Positions 26,123 to 34,854 of a stretch of DNA of 35,657 bases are shown here, one piece after another. A model generated the notes under the pieces. It had not been told where the DNA came from. It made no database searches and worked only from the letters and a program-made list of their open reading frames with translations. This DNA is from a virus (Duplodnaviria; Heunggongvirae; Uroviricota; Caudoviricetes): the IMG/VR virus record IMGVR_UViG_2541047892_000001. The stretch is one strand, 5' to 3'. Position numbers and translations under genes: made by a program. How positions within the stretch are numbered: the stretch's first letter is position 1; every line of letters begins with the position of its first letter.

Positions 26123-27109
26123 CTATTTCAAAATATAACGATATTTACTATCTGGAGTGTTTTGTTGGTCAAGTAATAGAGCTCTACATGGGGCGGTCAA
26201 AACACGGGCATAACGACCATCGGGGTTTATGTTGATGTAACAAGTTTTCCCTTTAACACCATAAGATTCAGGTATTATTGCCTGTGTAGACACCGTGAAT
26301 TTAAGGGTATGCCAGCCCGATTTTTGCTTGTAGCTTGAAACCGAATGGAAATCATCTGAGTACTTATTTAACCCTGGAAACATGCTGCGTAATGCTGGGA
26401 TGGAATCTTCTATTATTTTGTCGTTGGTTTTAATGTTAAAAACGCTGGTTTCAGTAGATGCTACTGCTTTAGCATTTCCCCATTTACCAGCGAACACAAT
26501 CATTCCCACGAAAAATATTGCGACAAGAACTAACGCTCCCCCCAACACTACTACATGAGGCTTCCGGCTTCTGGTTGGTACAGTCGCGACTGATTTTGCC
26601 CCGCTGTCCGATGGAGGTGATAGAGTTTTACTCTCATCACGAATATTCAGCAGATCATCAAAATAACCAAACACAGCCTGCAACTGCTCTTTGTCCAGGC
26701 CTTTAAGATGGGTTGTACCGAAATGCTTCAGACAGTATCTGTCACGGTCAAGACGATACCTAGGGTCAGTAAGCACCATTATTTTGCTGACCAGAAGATT
26801 ACAGTCCTTCATATTCTGGATCTGTTGTGCATATCTCTGGAGGATCTCAACCGCACCATGATAATCAGCCGCAGTCATTTCATTAACTGTTTTGGTATTA
26901 AGTTTCGTGTGGATCGTCATCCATAGTTCGCGCTTACTTTCCCCCAGATCAACCAATTCATCCATCAATCTGTGTAAATCGCGTTTTTGCAGCAACGAAA
27001 TTGGTTGCTGGGCAGAGGGAAGTATGTCAGCAGAATAGTTATGAATGGTAACATCACCGCTGACAACGTTACCCACATCTCCGTTAACTGTTTGCTTCTC
27101 TTTACTCAT
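26123..27109 (-). CDS. Hypothetical bitopic membrane protein (328 aa): N-terminal Gly-rich motif, about 190-aa cytoplasmic domain, one TM, about 110-aa C-terminal domain
   Basis: TM helix HVVVLGGALVLVAIFFVGMIVFAG; start codon overlaps the repressor stop (ATGA); AT-rich. Confidence 0.65.
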   Translation of the reverse strand: MSKEKQTVNGDVGNVVSGDVTIHNYSADILPSAQQPISLLQKRDLHRLMDELVDLGESKRELWMTIHTKLNTKTVNEMTAADYHGAVEILQRYAQQIQNMKDCNLLVSKIMVLTDPRYRLDRDRYCLKHFGTTHLKGLDKEQLQAVFGYFDDLLNIRDESKTLSPPSDSGAKSVATVPTRSRKPHVVVLGGALVLVAIFFVGMIVFAGKWGNAKAVASTETSVFNIKTNDKIIEDSIPALRSMFPGLNKYSDDFHSVSSYKQKSGWHTLKFTVSTQAIIPESYGVKGKTCYININPDGRYARVLTAPCRALLLDQQNTPDSKYRYILK

Positions 27110-27567
27110 TTTCTCTTTGTATTTTTGTTCATTATTCCACCTGTTCCTATGGTTACGTTACCTTTGATAACATTCCCCAGAACATCTCCATGAATAACCT
27201 GTTCCGCCCGTTCTCTGGAGGAGCCAGTCGTCAATGCCGACAAAACTGAACCTTTGACTTGTAACGGTGCTTGCCGGTAGTGCTGAAGTAACTCCATTTC
27301 ATCACGTGATAAAGTTATACCTGATGATTCCCCAGTAAGAATGAACTGTACGTTGGCCCCAATTCTTGCAAAGGCTGCAAGTAACTCACCTCCGGGAACT
27401 GCAACCCCTCGTTCATATTTCCCCCACATTTCTCTTGAAACGCCACAAAGGGCTGCTACTTCAGCCTGCTTGAGTGATAACCGCGAACGCTCAGCTTTGA
27501 ACCGCGACGCGCAAAGAGAATCAAAATTCACATAAACCTCATTGACAATGAGAACAATGGTTCTCAT
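27106..27567 (-). CDS. XRE-family HTH transcriptional repressor (putative prophage repressor)
   Basis: HTH_XRE signature LKQAEVAALCGVSREMWGKYERG; divergent from the early operon; alternative GTG start at 27531 with a GAGG site would leave the operator and early promoter outside the coding region. Confidence 0.8.
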   Translation of the reverse strand: MRTIVLIVNEVYVNFDSLCASRFKAERSRLSLKQAEVAALCGVSREMWGKYERGVAVPGGELLAAFARIGANVQFILTGESSGITLSRDEMELLQHYRQAPLQVKGSVLSALTTGSSRERAEQVIHGDVLGNVIKGNVTIGTGGIMNKNTKRK

Positions 27568-27570
27568 AAT
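27542..27570 (+). promoter_or_regulatory. Early promoter: -35 TTGACA, 17-bp spacer, -10 CATAAT, with an operator-like inverted repeat in the spacer
   Basis: TTGACA at 27542..27547 and CATAAT at 27565..27570; spacer contains ATGAGAAC-aatg-GTTCTCAT (27548..27567); 48 nt upstream of the first early gene. Confidence 0.55.
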
Positions 27571-27617
27571 CTATCACATATAAAACAAACATCATTGCAT
27601 CAACAAAGGAGACAACA

Positions 27618-27806
27618 ATGACTTCCGAACAAGTTAAAACTCTCTTCCGTCAGCGTGGTATCACGTTTACCCGCTGGGCCGAAGAACACGGCTACAGCCG
27701 CAATGAGGTCTATCGTGTTCTCAATGGACAGACCAAAGCTCGTTACGGCAAAGCCCATGAAATTGCCGTAAAGCTGGGATTAAAACCCACGTCAAATGCG
27801 GCATAA
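27618..27806 (+). CDS. Small Ner/Cro-like HTH DNA-binding protein (first early gene)
   Basis: 62 aa; AAGGAG 6 nt upstream; layout resembles Ner/Nlp-type regulators (weak, from memory). Confidence 0.65.
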   Translation: MTSEQVKTLFRQRGITFTRWAEEHGYSRNEVYRVLNGQTKARYGKAHEIAVKLGLKPTSNAA

Positions 27807-27858
27807 ATTTTCCATATATGCAACAGGTTATCACATATTGCAAAAATGGAAATGTGAC

Positions 27859-28167
27859 ATGAGTAAAGTAAATATCTCCAGTTCCGGGACCCGCATCCTA
27901 CGTGTACTCAAAGCTCTACGCGGTCACTCTCTGAACGGTGTTTCTAACGGTGAACTGGCATCAGCCCTAGATGAGTCCCCGGCGAACATCAATCGAGCAC
28001 TCAATACCCTTATCGAAGAGGGACTAGCCCTGAAACTGGAAAACGGGCGTTTCGCACCAGGCATCCAGTTGCTGCAGATCGCCATGGCCCACAGTAACGA
28101 GATGGCACGTGCACAGGATCGCATTAACGAAATCAACCAACGTGTTATTTCAGGTAGTCGTTTGTAA
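27859..28167 (+). CDS. Winged-helix DNA-binding protein
   Basis: ILRVLKALRGH...GVSNGELASALDESPANINRALNTLIEEGL is HTH-like; start uncertain (ATG 27859, or 27796 overlapping the previous gene). Confidence 0.55.
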   Translation: MSKVNISSSGTRILRVLKALRGHSLNGVSNGELASALDESPANINRALNTLIEEGLALKLENGRFAPGIQLLQIAMAHSNEMARAQDRINEINQRVISGSRL

Positions 28168-28177
28168 GGAGTAATCA

Positions 28178-29089
28178 ATGGGACGCACCAAATCACCGGT
28201 TAGCACTGAACTGAACGTCGAGGTACCGCTGTCGGATGATCTCAATGTCAGTCTAAACGCCATGACACAGCATCGCATGGAAATCATGCAACAGTTCGGC
28301 GATGGTCTGCCCTATGAGCGCGATCGTGTTGTCCATGAGGCACGCTTTTATATGGCACAGAGCGCTGAGGCCATGCTGGAGGCAGGTAAGCGGCTGATAA
28401 TCCTTAAGGAAAATGAACCACACGGGGAGTTTATAAAGATTCTTGAAAGTGAGTTGGGGCTGGCATACCGGACATCTGTGAGAATGATGCAAGCATCGAC
28501 AAAATACTTATCCCCGGCGCTGAAACCAAATGTGCCAACGTTGGCACATTTGGGAAAAGCCAAACTTTTCGAATTAATGACAGAAGACGACGAAGAGCTT
28601 GCCGAACTGGCCGACGGCGGCACAGTTGCCGGCATGACGCTTGACGATGTTGATCGCATGTCAGTACGTGAATTGCGTCAGGCCCTGCGTGAAGCGCGCG
28701 AAACCAACGCAGCACAACAGCGTGTTCTCGCCGATAAAAATGAAAAAATAGACTCACTCTCCACCAGACTGGAGAAGAAATCCCGTATTCAGCCACCTGA
28801 GCCTGATGAAGAGGTGAAGAAACTGCGGGCGGAAGTGACCGCGTTAGCGGTTGAGGCGGAATCTGCCATCGCCGTTCGACTGTCCAGCGCTTTTGAGACA
28901 CTGTGCGCATATTGTGCTGAAAACATGATTGATACCCCCAGAGACTTCATGGCAGGCCTGGTCTGTCAACTGGAAAGCACAGCGCGTAGCCTGCGCTCCA
29001 CATTTGACCTGCCGGACGAGCCAACAGGCGATGTCGCGCCTTCATGGCTGACTGAGCCGACGCCACAGATTAACGGGCTGGAGGCATAA
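28178..29089 (+). CDS. Hypothetical early protein (303 aa) with central coiled coil
   Basis: AAGGAG 6 nt upstream of ATG; lies between the regulators and the transposase; no family recognised. Confidence 0.6.
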   Translation: MGRTKSPVSTELNVEVPLSDDLNVSLNAMTQHRMEIMQQFGDGLPYERDRVVHEARFYMAQSAEAMLEAGKRLIILKENEPHGEFIKILESELGLAYRTSVRMMQASTKYLSPALKPNVPTLAHLGKAKLFELMTEDDEELAELADGGTVAGMTLDDVDRMSVRELRQALREARETNAAQQRVLADKNEKIDSLSTRLEKKSRIQPPEPDEEVKKLRAEVTALAVEAESAIAVRLSSAFETLCAYCAENMIDTPRDFMAGLVCQLESTARSLRSTFDLPDEPTGDVAPSWLTEPTPQINGLEA

Positions 29090-29092
29090 CCA

Positions 29093-30862
29093 ATGAATGC
29101 TGCCCTGACTGAACGACTGGTTTATGTCGCCCGCGCGGCACGTGACGCGGGGCATGGTAAACGCGGTGCAATATACGACGCTGCCTGTGCTGAACTTGGC
29201 ATGTCCCGCGCCACTCTGCTGCGCAGGCTGAAGGAGGTATCTGTGACTGATAAACGCAAAAAACGCGCCGATGCCGGGCGCAGCGCCCTGACCCGCGACG
29301 AAGCCGCGCTGATATCTGCCACACTGCGTGAGGCCACCCGCAAGAACGGTAAGCGTCTCTATTCCATCGCAGATGCAGTGGAAACCCTGCGGGCTAACGG
29401 CTTTATCTCCGCAGGCAGAACAGATGAAACCACCGGTGAGTTTTTCCCGTTGTCCGAAGATGCCATCAGTCGTGCCTTGCGTAACTATGGCCTGCACCCG
29501 GAACAACTGGATGCCCCTGCGCCGCATACCGAAGTGGCCAGTCTGCATCCCAATCACGTCTGGCAGATTGATGCCTCGCTCTGCACGCTTTACTACCTGA
29601 GCAATGGACACAAAGGGCTGCAGGTGATGGACAGCGCGAAGTTCTACAAGAATAAACCCGCTAACCTTGCCCGTATCGCCAGTGACCGCGTGTGGAGTTA
29701 CGAGATTACCGACCATGCCAGCGGCTGGATTTACGTTGAGTATGTGACGGGTGCGGAATCCGGTGAGAACCTGTGTTCTGTGCTTATCAACGCCATGCAG
29801 GAGCGTGGCGGCGCAGACGTGCTGCACGGCGTGCCGAAAATACTCTATCTCGACCCCGGCTCGGCAAACACCGCGGGTATGACGAAAAACATGTGCCGCT
29901 CACTGGGCATCGACCTGATAGCGCACAAGCCGCATAACGCCCGCGCCACCGGACAGGTGGAAAAGGCGCGTGACATTATCGAACGCAAGCTGGAGCCGGG
30001 TCTGAAATTCCGGCCGGTTCACAGTCTGGAAGAACTCAACGCGCTGGCCGCGAAATGGCGTAGCCACTTTAACGCAACAGCTGTTCACAGCCGCCACGGT
30101 AAAACCCGCACGGATATCTGGCTGAAGATTACTGCTGAGCAGCTGAAAAAAGCGCCTTCCGTTGAGGTATGCCGTGAACTGGCTGTGGCGACACCAGAAC
30201 TCCGCAAAGTCACGCCAAAACTTCGTGTCTCGTTCCGGGGCACTGAATTTGACGTATCAACGGTACCGGGCGTACTGGTTGGTGAAAAACTGATGATTAC
30301 CCGTAACCCATGGCGCAGCGATGTGGCACAGGTGGTTCTGACCGGTGAGGACGGCCACGAGACGTTCTTCCTGGTCGAAGAGGTCAGAAAGAACGAGTTT
30401 GGCTTTGCTGAAGGCGCGGCGGTATTTGGCGAAAGTTACAAAGCCCTGCCGGAAACACCGGCACAGACGGCGGCAAAAGAAACCGAAGCGCTGGTCACCG
30501 GTACAGACAACGCCGCAGATGCAGCTGCCGCACGCAAGGCGAAGGCGCTGCCGTTCGGCGGGCGGCTTGACCCGTATAAACATATTGATGACGCCACACT
30601 TCCGGCCTGTATACCGAAGCGCGGTCAGGTCTCTGATGTACGCAGACCGCGCACTGAACAACGTCCCATGACTCATGTGGAGGCCGCGAAAGCCCTGCGC
30701 GATAAGTTCAGCGCCGACGGCCTTACCTGGACGCCGGAACATTACCGCCAGTTAACGGCACAGTACCCGGACGGCGTACCGGAAGCCGCACTGGATGAAG
30801 TAATGGCCACGCTGACCACGCCGGCCCGCAGCAGCGTTATCAGCATTGTTAACGGCAACTGA
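29093..30862 (+). CDS. DDE (rve/integrase-core type) transposase
   Basis: 589 aa; candidate catalytic residues in HVWQIDAS, LYLDPGSANT and a downstream Glu; GGAGG 8 nt upstream; followed by an AAA+ ATPase; no resemblance to the MuA N-terminus. Confidence 0.8.
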   Translation: MNAALTERLVYVARAARDAGHGKRGAIYDAACAELGMSRATLLRRLKEVSVTDKRKKRADAGRSALTRDEAALISATLREATRKNGKRLYSIADAVETLRANGFISAGRTDETTGEFFPLSEDAISRALRNYGLHPEQLDAPAPHTEVASLHPNHVWQIDASLCTLYYLSNGHKGLQVMDSAKFYKNKPANLARIASDRVWSYEITDHASGWIYVEYVTGAESGENLCSVLINAMQERGGADVLHGVPKILYLDPGSANTAGMTKNMCRSLGIDLIAHKPHNARATGQVEKARDIIERKLEPGLKFRPVHSLEELNALAAKWRSHFNATAVHSRHGKTRTDIWLKITAEQLKKAPSVEVCRELAVATPELRKVTPKLRVSFRGTEFDVSTVPGVLVGEKLMITRNPWRSDVAQVVLTGEDGHETFFLVEEVRKNEFGFAEGAAVFGESYKALPETPAQTAAKETEALVTGTDNAADAAAARKAKALPFGGRLDPYKHIDDATLPACIPKRGQVSDVRRPRTEQRPMTHVEAAKALRDKFSADGLTWTPEHYRQLTAQYPDGVPEAALDEVMATLTTPARSSVISIVNGN

Positions 30863-30872
30863 GGAGGGAAAC

Positions 30873-32039
30873 ATGCTGGTACTGAAGCAGCAACTGAAAG
30901 AGGCCCGTATTCCACAGGCGGTGGTGGCGAGAGCTGTCGATGTTTCTGAGGCCACGCTGGCCCAGATTGTGAATCATAACGCGTGGCCCCGCACCAGCCC
31001 CGGAGAAGTGCGCCGGCGTCTTGCGTCCTGGTTGGAAAGTCAGGGGATTGATACAGCGAAGAGTTTTGATGCTGTACAGGGCGCGGCCACTCCCCGTACA
31101 GCGGGTACCACAGATAAAACGAGCCTCAGTGAGGAAGAGAATATGTTACTCAAAAAACAGGTGTTATTCCCGGCAACCAAAAAAGCGTTTGGTCTTTTCC
31201 GTGACCCGTTCGCCGACGAAGCCATGCAGGGTTCTGATGATGTGTTCACCACCCCGGACATTCGCTACGTGCGTGAGGCGTTGTACCAGACAGCCCGTCA
31301 TGGTGGGTTTATGGCCGTCATCGGTGAGTCCGGTGCGGGTAAATCCACGCTGCGCCGCGACCTGACTGAACGTATCAACCGCGAGAATGCGCCGGTAATT
31401 GTTATCGAGCCATACATCATCGCTATGGAAGACAACGATGTGAAAGGGAAAACCCTGAAGGCAGCAGCTATTGCCGAAGCCATTATCAGTACCATCGCAC
31501 CACTGGAAAGCATCAGACGCAGTCAGGACGCCCGCTTTCGCCAGTTGCATCGCGTCCTGAAAGACAGCAGCCAGGCGGGGTTCAGCCACGTTCTGGTGAT
31601 TGAGGAGGCCCACAGTCTGCCCATTCCGACACTGAAACACCTCAAACGCTTTTTTGAGCTGGAGTCCGGTTTCAAAAAACTGCTGTCCATCGTGCTGATT
31701 GGCCAGCCGGAACTGGCGACAAAACTGTCTGAACGCAATATGGAAGTCCGTGAAGTCGTTCAGCGCTGTGAGGTGGTCGAACTTCTGCCTCTGGACAATA
31801 ACCTTGAAGAGTTTCTGACGTTCAAACTGCAACGGGCAGGTAAACAACTGACGGACATTATGGACGCCAGTGCAGTGGATGCCATACGTGCCCGCCTGAG
31901 CAATCCGGGAAGTCATCGTAAAAATATGGTCAGCCTGTTGTATCCGCTGGCCGTCAGTAACCTGGTGATAGCCGCCATGAATCTGGCCGCTGAAATCGGG
32001 GTTCCACAGGTCAACGCTGACGTTGTCAAAGGGGTTTAA
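30873..32039 (+). CDS. Transposition AAA+ ATPase (MuB / TniB / ExeA-like)
   Basis: Walker A VIGESGAGKST and Walker B VLVIEEAH; N-terminal HTH-like segment; GAGGAGGG ribosome-binding site; start 10 nt after the transposase stop. Confidence 0.85.
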   Translation: MLVLKQQLKEARIPQAVVARAVDVSEATLAQIVNHNAWPRTSPGEVRRRLASWLESQGIDTAKSFDAVQGAATPRTAGTTDKTSLSEEENMLLKKQVLFPATKKAFGLFRDPFADEAMQGSDDVFTTPDIRYVREALYQTARHGGFMAVIGESGAGKSTLRRDLTERINRENAPVIVIEPYIIAMEDNDVKGKTLKAAAIAEAIISTIAPLESIRRSQDARFRQLHRVLKDSSQAGFSHVLVIEEAHSLPIPTLKHLKRFFELESGFKKLLSIVLIGQPELATKLSERNMEVREVVQRCEVVELLPLDNNLEEFLTFKLQRAGKQLTDIMDASAVDAIRARLSNPGSHRKNMVSLLYPLAVSNLVIAAMNLAAEIGVPQVNADVVKGV

Positions 32040-32041
32040 TA

Positions 32042-32311
32042 ATGAAATCCACCACAGGTATCAACCAGCAAATCAGCAAAGTGCAGTCAGCCATTATGGC
32101 GCTTAAGGCGACGAACACGGATGTACAAAGCATCACCATCAGGGGTAACAAACCTGTCATCCGCGTTTCCCGGAGTGCGCATTGCATGCGCATGCTTGAG
32201 CAGGGAAAGGCCTGTTATCTGTATACCGGACATGACCACAGGGGATATTTCCGTCAGGGCGTTTTCGAACTGCACGGCTGTCGCGTCGTGTGGCCGGAAT
32301 CTTTGTGGTAA
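32042..32311 (+). CDS. Hypothetical early protein (89 aa)
   Basis: Starts 2 nt after the ATPase stop; no family recognised. Confidence 0.45.
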   Translation: MKSTTGINQQISKVQSAIMALKATNTDVQSITIRGNKPVIRVSRSAHCMRMLEQGKACYLYTGHDHRGYFRQGVFELHGCRVVWPESLW

Positions 32312-32338
32312 TCAGCACAACTGGAGAAATCATAAGAT

Positions 32339-32869
32339 ATGGCAAAAAGTACAAAAGGGGCAAAACGTATCAAGTCCGCAGCGGCACTCTGGGTACCGGG
32401 GACACGCGAAGAGGTCATTGAGGGAATCAGACTGCTCGGTGACGCACAACGTGAACTGGTCAGGGCTGAAACAGAAATGAATGACGCCATTGGCGATATC
32501 ACCGCACGTTATGCCCCGCTCACCGAGAGCCTAAAAAAACGCATGGCCGAACTGCAGTCCGGTATTCAGACATGGTGTGAGGCACACCGTGATGAACTGA
32601 CCGGCAACGGGAAGGTGAAGTTCGCTAACCTCACCACCGGCGAGGTGCAGTGGCGAAACCGTCCGCCATCAGTCAGTATCCGTGGAGCGGATAATGTTAT
32701 TGAACTACTGAGACGTCTGGGGCTTGAGCGCTTTATTCGTGTAAAAGAGGAAATAAATAAAGATGCCATTCTGAATGAAAAAGAGGCCGTGAAAAATATT
32801 CCCGGTATTACCATAAAAAGTGATATTGAGGATTTTTCAATAATTCCTTTTGAGCAGGATGTGCAGTAA
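32339..32869 (+). CDS. gam: Host-nuclease inhibitor Gam (Mu Gam family)
   Basis: 176 aa; KRIKSAAA...GDxQRE...ETEMNDAI...VSIRG...ERFIR...EDFSIIPFEQ closely parallels Mu Gam as recalled from memory. Confidence 0.88.
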   Translation: MAKSTKGAKRIKSAAALWVPGTREEVIEGIRLLGDAQRELVRAETEMNDAIGDITARYAPLTESLKKRMAELQSGIQTWCEAHRDELTGNGKVKFANLTTGEVQWRNRPPSVSIRGADNVIELLRRLGLERFIRVKEEINKDAILNEKEAVKNIPGITIKSDIEDFSIIPFEQDVQ

Positions 32870-32966
32870 ACACACCACGTTAATTATTTAATAAAAACAT
32901 TTTCTTTTTTATTCCGGCGTCAGCGCCGTGGGCTTCTGCACGCCGGAAACAGAGGAGAATTAAATT

Positions 32967-33161
32967 ATGATATTTAAATGTATTCAGTGCGAGAGGGATA
33001 TAACAGCCCTGCGTTTTCACAGCGCCATCGCCGTGATGTCCGGTAAGTACCACGTACCTGCAGTACGTGTCACCCTGGTCTGTCCGTACTGCAGCCAGCA
33101 TTTTTCGGCGGACGTGCCCGTCATGGAATTCTTCCGCCCTGACAGGGAGGACGCGCAATGA
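32967..33161 (+). CDS. Small zinc-ribbon-like protein (CxxC...CxxC)
   Basis: 64 aa with Cys pairs C5/C8 and C39/C42; GAGGAG 9 nt upstream. Confidence 0.5.
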   Translation: MIFKCIQCERDITALRFHSAIAVMSGKYHVPAVRVTLVCPYCSQHFSADVPVMEFFRPDREDAQ

Positions 33162-33430
33162 TTACCCCACAGGACGCAGAAAAACGGACCCGCGAAATTG
33201 TCGCGGAATATATCCGTGAATGTGGTTGTAAAACCCCCAACCATATCCGGCTGGTATTAACCAAATTAATCAGCATGGCCGCGCAGGCTATTGTGGCGAC
33301 CAACGGAAAGGAGGCTGCCCTGCAGGTACTGGTGAACACACTCACCCACACGGCAGAGCATGAGGTGCCGTACCGGATGGAAACTACTGCAGAAGGCGGC
33401 CTGCACATCACCGTCGACCGGAAGCACTGA
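33158..33430 (+). CDS. Hypothetical early protein (90 aa)
   Basis: ATGA overlap with the previous gene. Confidence 0.45.
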   Translation: MITPQDAEKRTREIVAEYIRECGCKTPNHIRLVLTKLISMAAQAIVATNGKEAALQVLVNTLTHTAEHEVPYRMETTAEGGLHITVDRKH

Positions 33431-33439
33431 GGGCGCGAC

Positions 33440-33745
33440 ATGACACGAAACACCGAACTCACCCGCACCGCCCTCTACCGTCTGGCTCTGCAGCGTTTCG
33501 GGCCGGATGCACAGGCCCTGAAACTGACAGAAGAGGCCGCCGAACTGGCGGCCAGTGCCGCCCGCAACCTGAACGGACAGGGCAGCGAAAGTGACCTCGC
33601 GGCAGAGCTGGCAGACGTGGAAATCATGACAGAGCAGCTGCGCCTTCAGGGGATGGACCGGCTGATTGACTTCCACAAACAGAAAAAACTGGAACGCCTT
33701 GCCGCACGGCTGGGCGTCATGTACACCGGAGATACTGAACAATGA
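33440..33745 (+). CDS. Small MazG-like nucleotide pyrophosphohydrolase (tentative)
   Basis: 101 aa; TEEAAELAAS and AAELADVEIMTEQL resemble the MazG/HisE EExxE...E..D motifs. Confidence 0.4.
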   Translation: MTRNTELTRTALYRLALQRFGPDAQALKLTEEAAELAASAARNLNGQGSESDLAAELADVEIMTEQLRLQGMDRLIDFHKQKKLERLAARLGVMYTGDTEQ

Positions 33746-34422
33746 CAGACCAGGATAAACACATTGAGAAACTGAAAAAGTTGCTGGCGCTGGCCGCATC
33801 CGGCAACCCTCACGAGGCCGCTCTGGCACTGCGCCGTGCCCGTAAACTGATGGATGTTCACGGCATCACACATTCCGACATCGCCATGAGTGATATTGAT
33901 GAAACCATCAGTCACTACTGGCCGACAGGCAGCCTCCGTCCACCGCGCTACATGCTGGGCCTGATGAACATCATCCGCGAGGCATTTGGTGTTAACTCCA
34001 TCATTCACCCCGGCACATATCCGGGTGTGGGGTTCTACGGCAACCGGGAACGGGCTGCACTGGCTGCGTACACCTGGGAAGTGCTGGCCCGCCAGCTGAA
34101 AAAGGCGCGTCAGCAATATATCAGCGCACAGAACAAAAGAATAAAAACTGCCACCCGTACCAGCCGTGGTGACCAGTTTGCTGAAGGCTGGGTGCTGGCC
34201 GTTATCAGTGAAATACAGTCCTTCGCCCTGACCGATGACGAACGTGAACTGATGCAGCAGTGGCTGGAACATAAATACCCGCAAACGCAAACCACCAGGG
34301 CGCGTAAAGGAAGAAGCCGCAATGGCGGCGCCTCGCGCTATGCGGGGTTTCGTGAAGGGCAGAACGTCAGACTGCACCGCCCGGTCAGTGGGCAGGAACA
34401 ACAGAAACTGGAGGCCAGATGA
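33742..34422 (+). CDS. Early protein with N-terminal DUF2786-like domain
   Basis: 226 aa; IEKLKKLLALAASGNPHEAALALRRARKLMDVHGIT; overlaps the previous gene by 4 nt. Confidence 0.55.
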   Translation: MTDQDKHIEKLKKLLALAASGNPHEAALALRRARKLMDVHGITHSDIAMSDIDETISHYWPTGSLRPPRYMLGLMNIIREAFGVNSIIHPGTYPGVGFYGNRERAALAAYTWEVLARQLKKARQQYISAQNKRIKTATRTSRGDQFAEGWVLAVISEIQSFALTDDERELMQQWLEHKYPQTQTTRARKGRSRNGGASRYAGFREGQNVRLHRPVSGQEQQKLEAR

Positions 34423-34649
34423 TTACGCTATCAGGTAACAGCCGGAAATTAAAAGCCTGCCGAATATCTGCCAGATACCTTTTTGCCCGCGCCTTTTTTA
34501 AGAACGTCAGGCCGGGGATCACAATTGGTGTTATTGCCGGACGCGAACAGGTTGAAAAATACATGTCAGGTGCATGGTGGAATAACGACCCTGTCATTGC
34601 TGCCCGTAATATTCATATCAGTTGGGGGGATATTCAGAATGACTGCTGA
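34419..34649 (+). CDS. Hypothetical small early protein (76 aa)
   Basis: ATGA coupling with the upstream gene; no family recognised. Confidence 0.35.
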   Translation: MITLSGNSRKLKACRISARYLFARAFFKNVRPGITIGVIAGREQVEKYMSGAWWNNDPVIAARNIHISWGDIQNDC

Positions 34650-34854
34650 ATCTGTTGTATGTGCCATGTTCTGGTATTGTTTTGTCGGTTGGTGTACTGC
34701 TGAACTGCACCGCCGTTCAGGGTTTTATTCACGTTACAGTGGTGCCGGCTACTGGATTAGCTGGTCGGTGATGTTCCTGTGCTGGCCTGTGGCGCTTCCT
34801 TTATATGTCGATTATATCGGTGGCGCAGGTAAAAGGAGCAACGATGATGACTAA
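34639..34854 (+). CDS. Small membrane protein (two predicted TM helices)
   Basis: ATG at 34639 preceded by a G-run; VVCAMFWYCFVGW and WISWSVMFLCWPVALPLYV hydrophobic segments; the longer ORF-track start would overlap the previous gene. Confidence 0.4.
   Translation: MTAESVVCAMFWYCFVGWCTAELHRRSGFYSRYSGAGYWISWSVMFLCWPVALPLYVDYIGGAGKRSNDDD

Noticed and set aside
29042-29827. 261-aa minus-strand ORF inside the transposase gene
   Set aside because: Antisense to the DDE transposase, which has a strong ribosome-binding site and catalytic motifs; no support for the antisense frame.
31164-31916. 250-aa minus-strand ORF inside the transposition ATPase gene
   Set aside because: Antisense to a gene with clear Walker A and B motifs.
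32913-32948. Inverted repeat TTCCGGCG...CGCCGGAA after gam, considered as an intrinsic terminator
   Set aside because: The T-run precedes rather than follows the stem on the plus strand and the minus strand is not transcribed here in any evident unit; treated as a possible regulatory structure only.
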